Assembly (NCBI GenBank): GCA_000708835.1 | Contig: DF237041.1 | Location: 62,001-126,000 of the forward strand | Source of the DNA: Klebsormidium nitens | Taxonomy: Eukaryota; Plantae; Klebsormidiophyceae | Direction: 5' to 3' | Length of the DNA stretch: 64,000 nucleotides | Shown here: positions 11,101 through 23,719 of the stretch, one piece after another | Position numbering within the stretch: the stretch's first letter is position 1 | Layout: the number at the start of each line of letters is the position of its first letter | The notes under the pieces: generated by a model | Seen by the model: only the letters and a program-made list of their open reading frames with translations | What the model was told of the DNA's origin: nothing | Databases searched by the model: none | Position numbers and translations under genes: made by a program

Positions 11101-13331
11101 ACTGACGATCGTTTTTTCCCCTTTCGTGGCAGTCCAACCGAGCCCGATGATTATAGATGTAGAAGAACAGAAGCAAACAGTTGGGACGCGCAGTGCCTCA
11201 GAGAAAGTCTGAGCCTTCTGTAAAGGCATCCTTGTGATGACTGGAACAGCGACGTACACCTATGTGTTTGACTGGTCTAACTTACAATCTGAGCTTTCGC
11301 TATCGAGCATCTCCACCGAGACGTAGGCCCCCAACGAGTTGGAAACCATAGAACAAGAGTGTATCTAACCAGGGGGATCGGTTCTTCGATTGATTCATAA
11401 AGCCCAGAGTGTGGCTTCCATCGAGTAATCAAAGACGAGGATTTCAAAGCCACCCCCGTACCTCAGCAAAGACATCTGGGAGGGTCGATTGGTAGGGCCG
11501 TTCCGGTGATTGGCTGAGGAACGTGATGCTGCGCACACGGTCTTTGTGCCGGGCTGCAAAGCGGGTGCCAACAACACCTGACAGAGGAGTTCTTGGATAT
11601 CTATCGAGCTTTGACTTGAAAATGATATTTTGGGAAGGCCTTGACTGATGCGCACACGGGGGTCAGACGGGTCAGACAGGGCAACTTCTAATGGTTGCCA
11701 TGATATATTGTTGCACCATCAGAGCTGAGGACTGACGCAACCAGTATCCGACACTCATCGTGCAAACGATCCCTTAGCTGAAGAGTTTCACTGCTGAGCA
11801 CTTGGGTACTGAAAGACCAGATTGAAGAGAACAGAAACTTACTGAGGGTGCAAGAATGAGTTTGGAGCTAGAAAGCAGGCTGTTTTTACCTGCAGTGTCA
11901 TGTACAACAAGGTGTAGTGGAGGGAGGCCCAGCCCTGAGACGATACTTCCCAGACAATCTGCATAAAATCAGAACATACGTCAGGATATTGTTGTGGCCC
12001 CAAACCCGGTATGGAGACACCATAGCTTCACAAGTAGACCGACTCCCATTTCGACCAGCTTATCGAAGTTTGCACATCATCCAGATTGAATGAAATATAT
12101 CAAGGCCAGAATGTTGCCATGCTCCTACAGCCTGCTGGTGCGGGCGAGAAGACTGACCTGAAAGATAATAAGGATCATAGAGCGCTGTCGCTGGTTTCTC
12201 CGTCAGGCCGAAGCCGGGGAAGTCTAGGGACACCGCACGCAGGCCCTTTTTCGCGAGCTCAGAAATCACATTCCGCTGCAAGTCAGGAGAGCCAAGTTCA
12301 GAGTTGGGGGGTGGTATTCATGTAAAGTTGCAAACCAAAGCCTTCTGATGCACTCTGATTACCTTTCGGTATCTTGCTGCACTAGCTTAACAAGATGCCC
12401 AACTTACTCAATGAGCTGAACTTGAAGGGCTTTTTTGATATCTTTGCAATTAGCGATGCGGAGAGAAAAAGTCGTCTTCCAGCGAAGGGAACTCTCGGAA
12501 AAGAACATATATCTGACACCTTCAAATGGGCCCGAGATAATGAAGAGGTCCAACATCGATTGTGCACACAAGGCAACAATGGGGGAAAACTCACATAGAG
12601 GAAGGAACTCGTCCCAAGCCCGTGTAGTAGCAACACAGTCTCAGCTTCAACTGGCCCGTCTGCTATGGCAAACACTTTCACAGACGCCCCATCCGGGTCA
12701 CTGATCTGTCAAGAGAACACCCATGAGAATCGTATTGACTGTCTTGAAGCTCTCTTGAGCCTCTGATTTGCAGGGGCAACCAAAGACAAGTGCAGCTCGG
12801 ATAAACGTTGTGCTTTGCAATGAAAGAACGATTCATTGAAAGACGTGCATCATGATCCCTGCCAGCAGGAAGCGTTCAATGACCAACCTTCTGAGCTTTT
12901 GGGAAGTGCCAATTTACTTTCTGAAAATCCAATGAGAATTTTGTCACCTTAACGTTGAAGCCCTTTGCGCTGTGCTGCAATAGCACCACTGGCATCGCAT
13001 TGAACGCTGGATTGCCTGTCCAAATTCCGGGGGGGCACAGCAACAGCACAATTGTGACAAGAGCGACGATCAGCAGGAACACCAGCCAGAAGCAAGATGT
13101 GCCGGCAGACTCTGTGCTCTTCTGCTCAATTGTCTGCTCCTTATCCGCAGCGCCACCTCCACTTTTGTCACCAGCTTCTGATTGTGTAGATGATGCTTTT
13201 TCAGGCCCCTCATTGGTTTCGGTTTCTCCCTTCAACGCAGGTTCGTCCTCCTTTGTTCCTGCAGCTGCAGTCTGTGCCTTATCGCCCGCTTGTTCCTTGG
13301 TTTCAAGTCCTTTGGCGGCCCGCTTGCCCAT
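8111..13331 (-). CDS. AXR4: AUXIN RESISTANT 4-like membrane-anchored alpha/beta-hydrolase-fold protein with His-rich tail
   Basis: Exons 12948-13331 (acidic N-terminus, TM helix FWLVFLLIVALVTIVLLL), 12595-12705 (ETVLLLHGLGTSSF), 12158-12275 (LDFPGFGLTEKP), 11890-11958 (LGLPPLHLVVHDTAG), 11462-11577, 10884-10945, 10165-10240, 9568-9669, ~8805-8858 (SGSWPQ), 8111-8386 (EDAPEWL..IPEHVRRQFEAQAGGHSH..). Order and motifs match Arabidopsis AXR4 as recalled. The junction around 8805-9568 is uncertain. Confidence 0.8.
9458..9578. repeat. Three ~50-bp-period copies of an AXR4 donor-site region
   Basis: aagcagtcacct(c/t)ga occurs at ~9458, ~9510 and ~9558; each reads AG|GTGACT on the minus strand. Confidence 0.75.
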
Positions 13332-14535
13332 CTTGGCTGCTAGCTACCCAGTGGCAATACTGCAATGACAGTTCCTAGTGCCGCATTGGTGGGCTCAGCA
13401 GAGTAGCATTCTAGCTCCCTGCGCCATCATGGTGGAACTCGCATTGAATTTGTAGCATTTTGCGTACATGGATGCATTTTGCAATTTGGGCTGGCCAATG
13501 GCCATGGCTGGGAATTGACGGTTTTAGGGTTTGGGAATCTTTCCCTAGGCCCCGGCCGGCCCGGCCCAGGGTTTTTGATATGTGTTCTGCTTGGAAACGT
13601 GGAGCAGGTATGTGCCATAGCAGCGTACACTTGGCAGAATTTTGACGTCATATCAATCATTATCCTACATCAGTAGCTAAATTCGATCCAGGCGCAGCGA
13701 ATCCTCCCCCGGGCACCTGCGGGCCACCTATCACCGCGTCCGCCGCTACCGGTGCTGCCACAGATCTTACGGCCCCGGGGCCCGGGCGGCGCCGGGCCCC
13801 AGCGTATCCGGAAATTAAGGGATCAAACACGTGACAATAAATTTTGTCTCATCATGAGTTCATCAAAGAGTGCTGACGCCGGCCGCCACTCCTCCGACTC
13901 CGGCTCTGTACGGTCGTAAAGCATCATGATTCTGCATCGTCGAATTCAATCATCGTGTGGCCGGTGTGCAGCGCGCACTCTGCACCGCTGGCACCATTTT
14001 GCAGTGACTGGTCAGTAGTGACTGAATCCACGAAGTGGCCCCCAAGAAACATGCAGGCTGTCCCCTCAAGATTCACTGACACTCTTTCACTGTTTCAGCT
14101 GTACAAGACAGACGCGCGAGGTCTTTCTGCAGAGGACCTTCCGACCTGCAAGCAGCAATGCATGAGCTGTTCCAAGCAAAAATAGCGGCCTACACTCCGT
14201 GTCTCAGAGCATCAGGGTTGGGCCGCGGCACATCCTATAGCTGAGCGGCCAAGATTCTACCTACTCGTAACACAGGCATTTCTAAGCAGAGCAAAAGGCA
14301 TCTGAAGGGGGGTTGCTGCAGGTTTTGGTGCTTTGGCATCAATTCCGTGAAAAAGAAGGGAGTGTTGGGATTGTGCAGGGTTTGTTGAAGAGCTTCTTTC
14401 CCATTGCAAAGAGTTGCTGTGGAATGCACTATCGAGCAGTTGCCAAGCATTCTTGCATCTGCTTATGTGAATGCAGATTGAAGCCATTCTAAAGCAACCT
14501 CAAAAGCAGCGTAAGGAGAGCGGAAATCTAGGTTG

Positions 14536-17500
14536 ATGGGGTTGGTAGTAGCTGAGGAGGAGGGATCCCCTGTGCATGCAAGCCCAACGGCGGGTGCTGA
14601 GCCAGGGGGCCTTGAGCAAAGCGTGCAAATGGGTGGGCGGCAGGGGTCCAGCTCTAGTGGGGACGACGCTCCCCCCGCTAGCTCAGCGGGCGCCCTCGCA
14701 CGTCACTTGGACGGGTTGAAAATAGACGTTGATGCGGGGAGCGCCAATGGGGGTCCCCCCCAGAACGGACAGGGGTATGCGCAGCCACCATTACCAATGG
14801 GCTACGGGCCACATGCAGGGCGACCGGGGGGCCACTTCGCAAACGGGGGGGGGCAGTTCGCAAATAGGGGGGGGCACTTCCAGGGGGGCCAGCTTTCCCC
14901 GGAGCACTTTCCTGGGTCAATGCACATGATGCCCATGCCGCTGATCATTCCCCCCTCCCCAGCGGACACCCTGCACCTGCCAATGACGCTCTCGTCCCCC
15001 CTGCAACCAAACCTGGACCCGAATGCCCGCGAGTTTACCCCCTCCCCCTCCCCGTCCCCTTCGGGTGTGGTTGGCCTCCCAATGCCCCCTCCATTTTCAA
15101 TGGGACCCGGTTATGATCCCTCCTTTATGTTTGGCCCAATGCAAGACATGGGGCACCCGATGTTTGCCCAGAATGGGGAGTTTAGTGGGCACTTCTTTAA
15201 CCCCAACCAATACAGCCCTGGCTCCGGTTCCCCCTCCCCCACCTCCTGGGAGAACCGCTTCAGTCCTGAGGGGGACCCGCATCATTCCAGGGGGTTCGGG
15301 CCCATGCACGGCAGCCCCCCCGGGCGAGAACACGTCTCGCGGGCGCTGCTCATCTCCGGTGTGGATCCGGGCATTGACGACGGCACTCTGCGCGACGAGC
15401 TCTCGCAATGGGGCCCCGTGCGGGCGCTGGGTTTGGAGCGCAAACCTGAGGGTTTGGTGACGGTCAACTATTTTGACCTGCGGCACGCCAAGGAGGCCTT
15501 GCACGAGATCCAGCAGCACCACTTGAAGCACCAGCGGGAGATGCAGGATATGCTCCAACAGGGCCCCGCGGCCGAGAAGGGCCGCCGGCCGCGTTCCCAG
15601 AAAGGAAGAGGGTCGGGAGACGTAGGAGAGGATATGGCGGAGAGGGGAAGGGGTATGATAAGCGGGCGCGCAGTATGGGCGCAGTATACACTGCCGGTGG
15701 GCGCCGCGGCGGGGCCGGATGCGCATAACCAGGGGACTCTCGTCGTATTCAACCTGGATTTGGACATGCCGGTCGAGGAGCTGCGGAAAACGTTTGAGAA
15801 GTATGGTGAGGCTGCGCCGCGGCGTTTCTTGCGGGCATTGACTTGTCCGGCATTGACCTTCCCAGCACTCTGCTCCCACTCTGAAGCTCTGCTTTCATTC
15901 TTGTAAGGTGCACGTACGCGGCATTGCTCCGCTCTTTGGTCTTGTTCCGCATTCACAAGTTGTGCCCTTTTTGGTGGAAAGACACGTTCGAGCAGTGCGC
16001 TCGTGGGCTGTGTATGTGTCTGGGCTTCTTTTCAATTTGATTCCTGTATGCATTCTGGGCAGAGAGCGTGTTCTTGTAAGATCGGGCACGCTTCCCAACA
16101 GAGTCTGTAGAAGAATGGCGGCTCGATTGTCTTAATGCTTGGCTGTGTATTCTTACGGCAAAATGCAGGGACAAGTTCTTGCACAATGCTGAAATCAGTG
16201 AGCAATGCTGCCCCATGGCAAGAAGATTAGCCTGTTGCAATGTGAAGTGGGTCCCTGAGCAGCGCCAAATGACTCGGTGCATTTGGCCGATGGTGTTTCT
16301 TTACGTCAATTCATTCAAAGAAAATAGTAGATCTTACAACACAGAGTCTTTCAGTTTGCCATTTGCTTGAGCTCCCTGCTTGTATCCAGTGCTGCTAATG
16401 ATAGGAGTTTTACCAAGCGCTTGTGGGCTGACGCTCCGAACTGGAGAGTTGTGACGAACCTGAAACCGATATGTAATGAGCGCTATCAAGAAAGCCACAT
16501 TTTCTATGAGGGATCTGTGGCAAGTGGGCGATCAATCAGCTGTTCCACATTCTTTGTTTGGTTGAGAAGAAGTCAAGTTTTGTTTGGTTGAGAAGAAGTC
16601 AATTTTTGTTTGGTTGAGGAGAAGTCTACTGCCCAATACAAGTGAAAATGCAAATCTTTTCGTCTCTGGTCGTCTCTCTTTTAGGTTGATGAACCTGGCT
16701 GGCATCTGCATTCTTTTCATCCTGCTGGAGCTTAGAAGGAAGAAAGAGAGTGCGCTTTTCGGTGTGAGAGATTGTCGACAAGAGCCCACTGTTTCTACGA
16801 CTGTAGACCCACTTCTACCCAACACTAATTCCGCCATCACACACCTGACAACTTTTAAACTCTGTTGGCGTCCCCCAGATATTAGAAACACCAGTTGCAT
16901 CTGAACAATTGCTGCACTGAGATGCCAGAATATCAAGACTTGCTATTGCCGCTTGCCTCGCTGAGAATGCTCTGGACATCAAGCAGATGTTTCCAGAAGC
17001 ACTGCAACTTTGGAGCATTCACCTTGAGAATCTTGGAAGGCCTTTGTAGGCGGAATAAGTCCTGGGCTGTGCCTTCTGTGGGGTTTAAGACTGCTTTCTT
17101 CACAACCCGAGTGACCAGAGGACCTTGCATAGACAAACTTTGGCTTCCAGCCACCCCACAGCTCAGTTGGCTGCCCCATCTGATCCCATCGCCCGCAAAT
17201 TCTTATGTGATGCTTCTTTTACACACAGACAAGAGGTCAACCGAACAAACACTGTTGACCTTCGCCAACGTGAGCTCCTTATTGTGCTGCGACTAATTAG
17301 GAGTAAACCAGTCAATGTGCACAGTCAACCAGTCACCAAGGATCTGCTCTCAAACTCAACTACCCCCCTGCTTTCGCAGGCGACGTCAAGGAGTTGCGCG
17401 AGACCCCCTCCAAGCGCCAGCACAAGTTCGTCGAGTTCTTCGACGTGCGCGCGGCGGCCCTCGCGCTGCAGTCTCTCGACGGCATGGAACTGGGGGGGAA

Positions 17501-20500
17501 GCACATCAAAATCGAGTTCTCGCGCCCAGGGGGGCAGGCACGCCGCGCTCAGGCCGCGCGCGCAGAACCGGGGGGTCCAGTCAATCTGAAGCCGCTGAAT
17601 GGGGGCAACCCCCCAGGGGGACCAATGTTTGGGGTTGTGGGCTGGGATAGAGTTGTGCAGAACCCCCCCGGAGGGTTTGCGCAGATGAATGGTGGGGGGG
17701 GCATGGGTCCTCCGCTGTTCATGTTCATGCCGGCGTTCCCTGGGGTGGGGATGGACCCTGGGGCTCCGATGTTGCCTGGTAAGCACCCCCCTAAAAGGAA
17801 CGTTCTGTCCTGTCCTGGGTTCAAAGTGTGGTCGAACCCAGGACATCCGGATAGTAGCGGAGTGCAAACTGCTTAAAAGGAAGGGATTTTCTGGAACCAC
17901 GTTTGGACAGGGATATGCAGAGAATGCGTTCGCGGCCGCAGCCGTTGATCTGTGCCAGTCTTCCAGCTAAGAAACATGGTTGCTTTTCTGCTGTTGCTCT
18001 TGGCGTGGGCACCTGGTAAGCTTCAAATAGACGATGTACCGTCATCTAGGCAGGGACAGGCTATAGACACAGGGGGCGGTGTTCAGATATATACATGACT
18101 GTCCAGACTTTGAATGTTCTTACTTTTCAGTTGCAGCAAGATTCTTCGTCACCAGCATTGCACTCTGAGGAAGTGGCTTCCTAACTTTGTTAGCACGGCG
18201 TAGCAGGCCACTTTTCTGCTGTGAAATGACGTTTCTCCGCGCACCCAACTTGCTCACGTCACAAGTTCCTCTCTTGAGAAGGTTCGTCTTTGTCCTCTTA
18301 ACTTCCTCCTTCCAGCACGTCGCATTCTGGATCCCATATGGCCAAAAGTCCCCCGATTGTCGAGACACAAATGGAACCCTCTTTCACTTCTTCGCAGGTG
18401 TCCAATTCCCCGGGGGGCCTTTCCCCATGCCGCCTTTCCCTCACATGGTTCCCCCCTTCGGGTATGCTGACCCCATGGGCGGATTCCCTGCTTTCCCAAG
18501 GGGCCCTCCGGTTCCTGGTTCACAGGATATGCAAGGGTTCCGAGGCCGACCGGGAGACCCCAAAAGGAAAGGAAAGGGACCCAACGAGGGGCGGGAGGAA
18601 GAGTTCGCGCATGGTGGTAAGTTCTTGGCGGCTAAGAGCGGGCTTCCTTGCTCACGTGTGGGTTGCAAGTCAGAAGGCGTTCGAACTGATTCATCAGTGC
18701 CGGAACGAAGTTGGCAACAAGGGAAGACCATGTTACGTCAAGGGTTTGAGCCAGCTCTGTTGAGGATAGCTACACACGTAGTGGTTCCCTTCCCTCACCT
18801 TTTTTTGGGTGGACACCTCAAGTTGCTTCCATCTGCATTTCCTTTCCTAATCACATTGCAACCCCTTTGTGGGCTTCAAACTTTGGACGATTTTGAGCAA
18901 TTAATGCTAAAAAGGGGTTTCAAACAAACCTCGATGGTAGCGGTGCCCGAGAGCGTTGAAACACGGCGTGGAAGCAACGGGCTGCCCTTTCCAGCTTCCC
19001 TCCAACTGTGCACCCGCTGTGGCGATTAAAAACGGCTCCGTAGCTGCACCTCTCAAAGCAGACAAAATCTTTCTTTTGCGATTCAAACGTGTTCAGCAAT
19101 GATGATTCATGTAGGATTGATCAGCACCGCACGCAGCGCAAAACGGATTGCTTTAAGACGTATTTGCAAATCATAAGTGGCAAATCATAGGTGGTCCTCC
19201 TCTCACGTACGGTTTGCAATTGAGTTCGGTTCATGACCAGTGAGGTAATCCTGCCGCTCATAAGCGTCCCCCTCTTATGCAGGCCCGCTGCGGCGGCCCA
19301 AGGACGGCTCTCGCGACCCTCCCCGCGCGCAGTACACGTTTAGTGAGTTCGAGGCGGAGCTGCAGCGGGAGAACCCGCGCACGACGCTCATGATCAAAAA
19401 CATCCCCAACAAGTACAGGTAAGCAAATTGACTTGGGGTCTGAGAAGTTTTGCATTTGGAGTCTAGGATGCTCACCGATTCGAGAATGTTTGAGGACGTC
19501 TGAGTTTCAAGGAATAGTACTAAGATGTTGGTTGGAGCTGCAAGATTCGTCGCCAAGCGTATGCTTTCATATCCAGATCATATCCAGATTTACAAGTACG
19601 GGAGTGAAGTATCAGGGGCTTCAGGTAATCGAATCTGAATCTATGGCTTTTGGGGCCTCCGCATGCTGGCCCTTTGAGGACGTGAGCTGGAGTGCGCGCC
19701 ATTACCAATGACAGGACTCATGTTCAAGAATCCAAATCCCACCTCTCCCTTCTGAACTAGGATCGGCCTCTCGCAAAAGTTTGTCGACAAAGATCCTCAT
19801 TGGCGAAGTTGTTGGTATGGCATCAACCATTATGAGACAAATAAGCCAACAATCATTGTAACGATATGTAAGCCCCTCAGCAGTTTGCCCTGGACTACCT
19901 CCAAAGAGGTCCCATAGTCTAAAGATGCGTTTGCACTGTTGTATGCGCATTCGCTTTCGGAGACATGCCCACATGCACCACTATCCGTGCTCCAAGGGTG
20001 TATATGCTCCCCCCCCTCGTTTCGTTAAAGACAGTGCTTGCCAACCAACCAGTTGTGCAATGCTGAATAATTCCAATTCTCCGCTTTTCGCAGCCAAGCA
20101 ATGCTGCTTGCGCTGTTGGACGCACACTGCGTGCGCTGCAACTCGAAGCTCCCGCCCGGCAGCAACGAGGCGCCCTCTGCTTACGACTTCGTCTACCTGC
20201 CCATCGACTTCAAGTGAGCATTGCCCCTCGCCGCTCTTTTTCGATTGCGTTCTTCGTGAAATCTTTTCAGATTTACGTTCTAAGAACCTCGGCTCACCTT
20301 CCAAACATGTCTGTCATTGACGTGGGTATGGCCCCTCGCTGCTCTTCTCTAATCAATCTTCGGTAGGTTCCTCTAGATACACGCTCCAGACACCTCGGTC
20401 AGCTTTTCGCCTCTGTCAACGGTTTAAGAAAGCCCACCGCATCCAACGCTCCTGCACATCCGCCCCCGCTGAGAGCTACTGACGTCAGCGTTTCGTTCCT

Positions 20501-21986
20501 TCTTTCCTCCTGTTTTCAAAGTCACGTGACTCTCTTCGTCTCACGATATCTGTACGGGGCACCTTTCAGTAACTTCGACTCCTTGCTGTTTGCCGTAGAT
20601 TAGGTAGTCGACTTCACGTTATAAGCGGCTCCACTCGATTACGGTTCCTATCTCCTAGCTCACAGACTTCCAAAGCGAGCGGACCATTAGTAGGCTGTTA
20701 AGGCAGCACACGTGTACGCTTGCTGCGAAAAGATTGACGCTCCAGAGTGAATGCAGAGCCAAAGCCCGGATGAACTTCGCTTCAGACGGTACTTTTAAAA
20801 GACGCGACACTAACGCCCGGCCAAAAACTCGTGCGCAGGAACCGGTGCAATCTGGGGTACGCGTTTGTCAACTTCACGTCGGCGCAGGCGACCTTGAACC
20901 TGTACAAGGAGTTCCACGCACAGCAGTGGGAGGCGTTCAACTCGCGGAAAGTCTGCCAGGTGCGATGCTTCAAGGTTGGCGTAACTAACATCGTCGATAG
21001 CGTCTTTGAAATATAAAAGGAATTGGAGCAAAGCTTAGAGACGAGAGTGTTGAACGTACCTTGCGGCTCCGCTTGGTCACGTTGAAGCGCTGTGTTTTGG
21101 AGCAGTTGGAAGGTTCACCGTGAACCCTTTGATGATTCTATCGGCGCTCGGACGAGCCAGTTACGAAAGGGAAGTTGAGCGCTAGAACTTGTCTGAGGTC
21201 TTTGTCTTGAGGTCTATCTCTTGGGGCCGCTTTCGCTCTCCGAACACCGTTTGCAACGTCTGGATCAGCTGATCCATGTATTGCACGCTCCACATGCCCA
21301 CTCTGTTCATCGCTCCGATTGTCCCAGAAGCCAACAATCTAACTTAATTCCGAGGATCGCCTCTTTCGCTACATGTAGTCGGGAGTTTCCTGATGTCCTC
21401 AAAAGCGCCCCTTTCTGTTGTCGTCAAAGTGCACTTTATGAGTCCTACGAGTCGAAAAGGTCCCACGCCAAGCAGTGTCACATGTTTCGACTTTCTAGGT
21501 TCGTGAAGATCTTCTAAGTAAGGGACCGTCTGCTGTGATTTGCTGCGGTTTTGAGTGCCAGGCTTGCAGAGTCTTTTCCCAAGGCTGAAGGATGAGCGCC
21601 GCAACAGCAAAGCAATCAGCCCACTGAAAAGCGACTCATTGATGAGGGTTCTGGTTGTTCCGAATCGAGCCCTTCGAGTGACTACTGACCATTGTGCTTA
21701 CCTTTACCGCCAGGTCACGTACGCGCGAGTCCAAGGCCGGAAAGCCCTGGAGGACCACTTCCGGAACTCGCGCTTCGCGTGCGACACTGACGAGTACCTT
21801 CCCCTCGTCTTCAACCCCCCCCGGGACGGCAGCGTTTTGTCCCCCCCCATTGTGGCGGCAGGGCACTTGGCCGGCAAAATAGCTAGTTGCGCCGGCGCGG
21901 TGAGCGCTGTCGCACAAGCGCACGGGATCTCAGCGATGGAGGGGGGGGGGCTGAAGGGGCCCCGGATCGGGCTGGTCCAAAACTAG
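14536..21986 (+). CDS. TEL: MEI2-like RNA-binding protein, TERMINAL EAR1-like (TEL) type, three RRMs
   Basis: Exons 14536-15805, 17380-17778, 18398-18616, 19283-19418, 20094-20213, 20839-20959, 21714-21986. Motifs [43 protein letters not shown], and RRM3 [43 protein letters not shown]. Confidence 0.9.
16553..16626. repeat. 26-bp tandem repeat x3 in TEL intron 1
   Basis: Unit tttgtttggttgagaagaagtcaa(g/t)t starting at 16553, 16579 and 16605. Confidence 0.85.
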
Positions 21987-23719
21987 GCCGCGGGAATCAG
22001 GGTTCTGCAACGTTCCCTAGAAACCCTAATCTTTGGAAATCTTAATTGTGAAAGTTTGCGAATAAAAGAAGGCTCTAGTGGGTTGTTGCTCGCGTGGCAG
22101 CCATTGTTAAAGGGTCGACTCCTCTGCACTGCCGAGTAAGGAGGAGTCGGAGGGAGTTGGGGTACTAGGACGGGTTTGCGCGCGGGAACATGTGAGAATT
22201 CTTTGTGATCCCCATTGTACGAGTATGAAGGGCGGGGGGAAGTCTAGGGCCACGTACTTGTTCGGCCGAAATAAACCGAAGTTGCGGCTGTCTTTCTGTG
22301 GAGTGGCGGGCGGACTCCAAGACAAATATGACACTAGACATGCGTCGAGTGTTTGACCCTGGTAATGTGTGACGGTCATGCTCCTAGAAAGCACGTGCTT
22401 GTAGTGAACAAGAGAGCATTGGAGGCAAGGAGGAGGCAATAAGGGCGTGGTGCTTCCAATAGAGGAATCATAGCTAAACAGGTTCTGCATAAGCATGACG
22501 GACTGTGAAGGGAGCTAGCGTGCAGCCTTGGTAGATGGTCATTGAATCAAAAAGACGGCCGGTTTAACCAAAGCGAGTGGGTCGGCAGGCGAAGAGTGCA
22601 TAAATAATGCATTACTTCACCGCATGCAAATCAACATACGACCTTGGATCCAATCTACCGTCATGATGGTAGAATACGAGTAGTTGTTGTGTAGCCCTGC
22701 TGGCATACCATAGCTCGCGAAATTGACCCGATCGTCGATTGACTAAAAGATTGCGCATTTTCGAATCACTATACATGCAATATGCATGATCTCGTGTGTG
22801 AATTTGTAAGCTATAATGCATGTAGCCAAATAGGCCAGTGGCACGCCGACGATCATGCATCATTGCAGCAGATTGTGTGTACACTGCAGCATATCAACGC
22901 GCGCGCTAGAGCTCTGGCCTACGGTACGCACACTAGCCGGCGCTGCATGCAAAATGCAGCGATCGCAACATGGGAATCAATGTATACGGCATGTGGGGGA
23001 CGTCGATCGGCTAGGACAAGCCTATTAGAGATTGCCAAAGGTTCACATTTATGAGTCTGCCGCCGCGCTTTTCTGTACTGCGGCCTCACAGGCTGGCGCG
23101 CGGCCAGGCCGAAAATGAACCCAGCAAGAATGAGTTGGTATGCACTGGCACATAAGGATCATTGCATATACCACCGCCACGACAGGACATTGTCAACGCG
23201 TAGAACACAATTTTAATTGCTATATGCATCTACCAAAAAGGGGACTTGAAAAACATGGAACTTACACACCAACAACTTCAAAATGGTTGTGTTGAGTGGT
23301 ATTGCAGCGTGATTGCGACAAAGCCAGATAGCATACGCGCAGAGCAGAACTGTTTGCTGTCGCAGGCTACGCCTGGAGAAAACCCGCGACACATGTGGCC
23401 GGCTTGGTCAAAGAACGGCGCCAAAGATCCAGTGCATCCAGAATGATCAAGGGATCGATTAGTCGACTAGTAATTGATCCGGCGGAAGCGAACGCCAAAC
23501 AGACGGCCGTAAACGTCGCGCTGTGCCCTGGCCCCTTCTCAATCAGACGGCCCGACAATTGAACAGAATGCCAGTGAAAGTCGCTAGAAGCTAAAGGCCA
23601 GACATATGGGCGGACGGGATCAGCTGCCCCCGGAGCATCCGCGGGCCGGAGGGCAGCCCACTCCCTCTTGCCACCGATCGCAGTCCCGTCCGTAGGACTG
23701 ACGTCAGCAGATCGTGACG

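Noticed and set aside
13540-13800. GGCCC-rich palindromic patches in the AXR4-TEL promoter as a MITE or site-II elements
   Set aside because: No terminal inverted repeats or target-site duplication found, and the motifs are too low in complexity to assign.
16553-16626. CRISPR-like 26-bp direct repeats
   Set aside because: Units are contiguous with no spacers, intronic and eukaryotic, with no cas genes: a minisatellite.
14678-19029. Many long overlapping ORFs around TEL (e.g. 15097-15879, 18187-19029)
   Set aside because: Antisense shadows of GC-rich exons or intron read-through.
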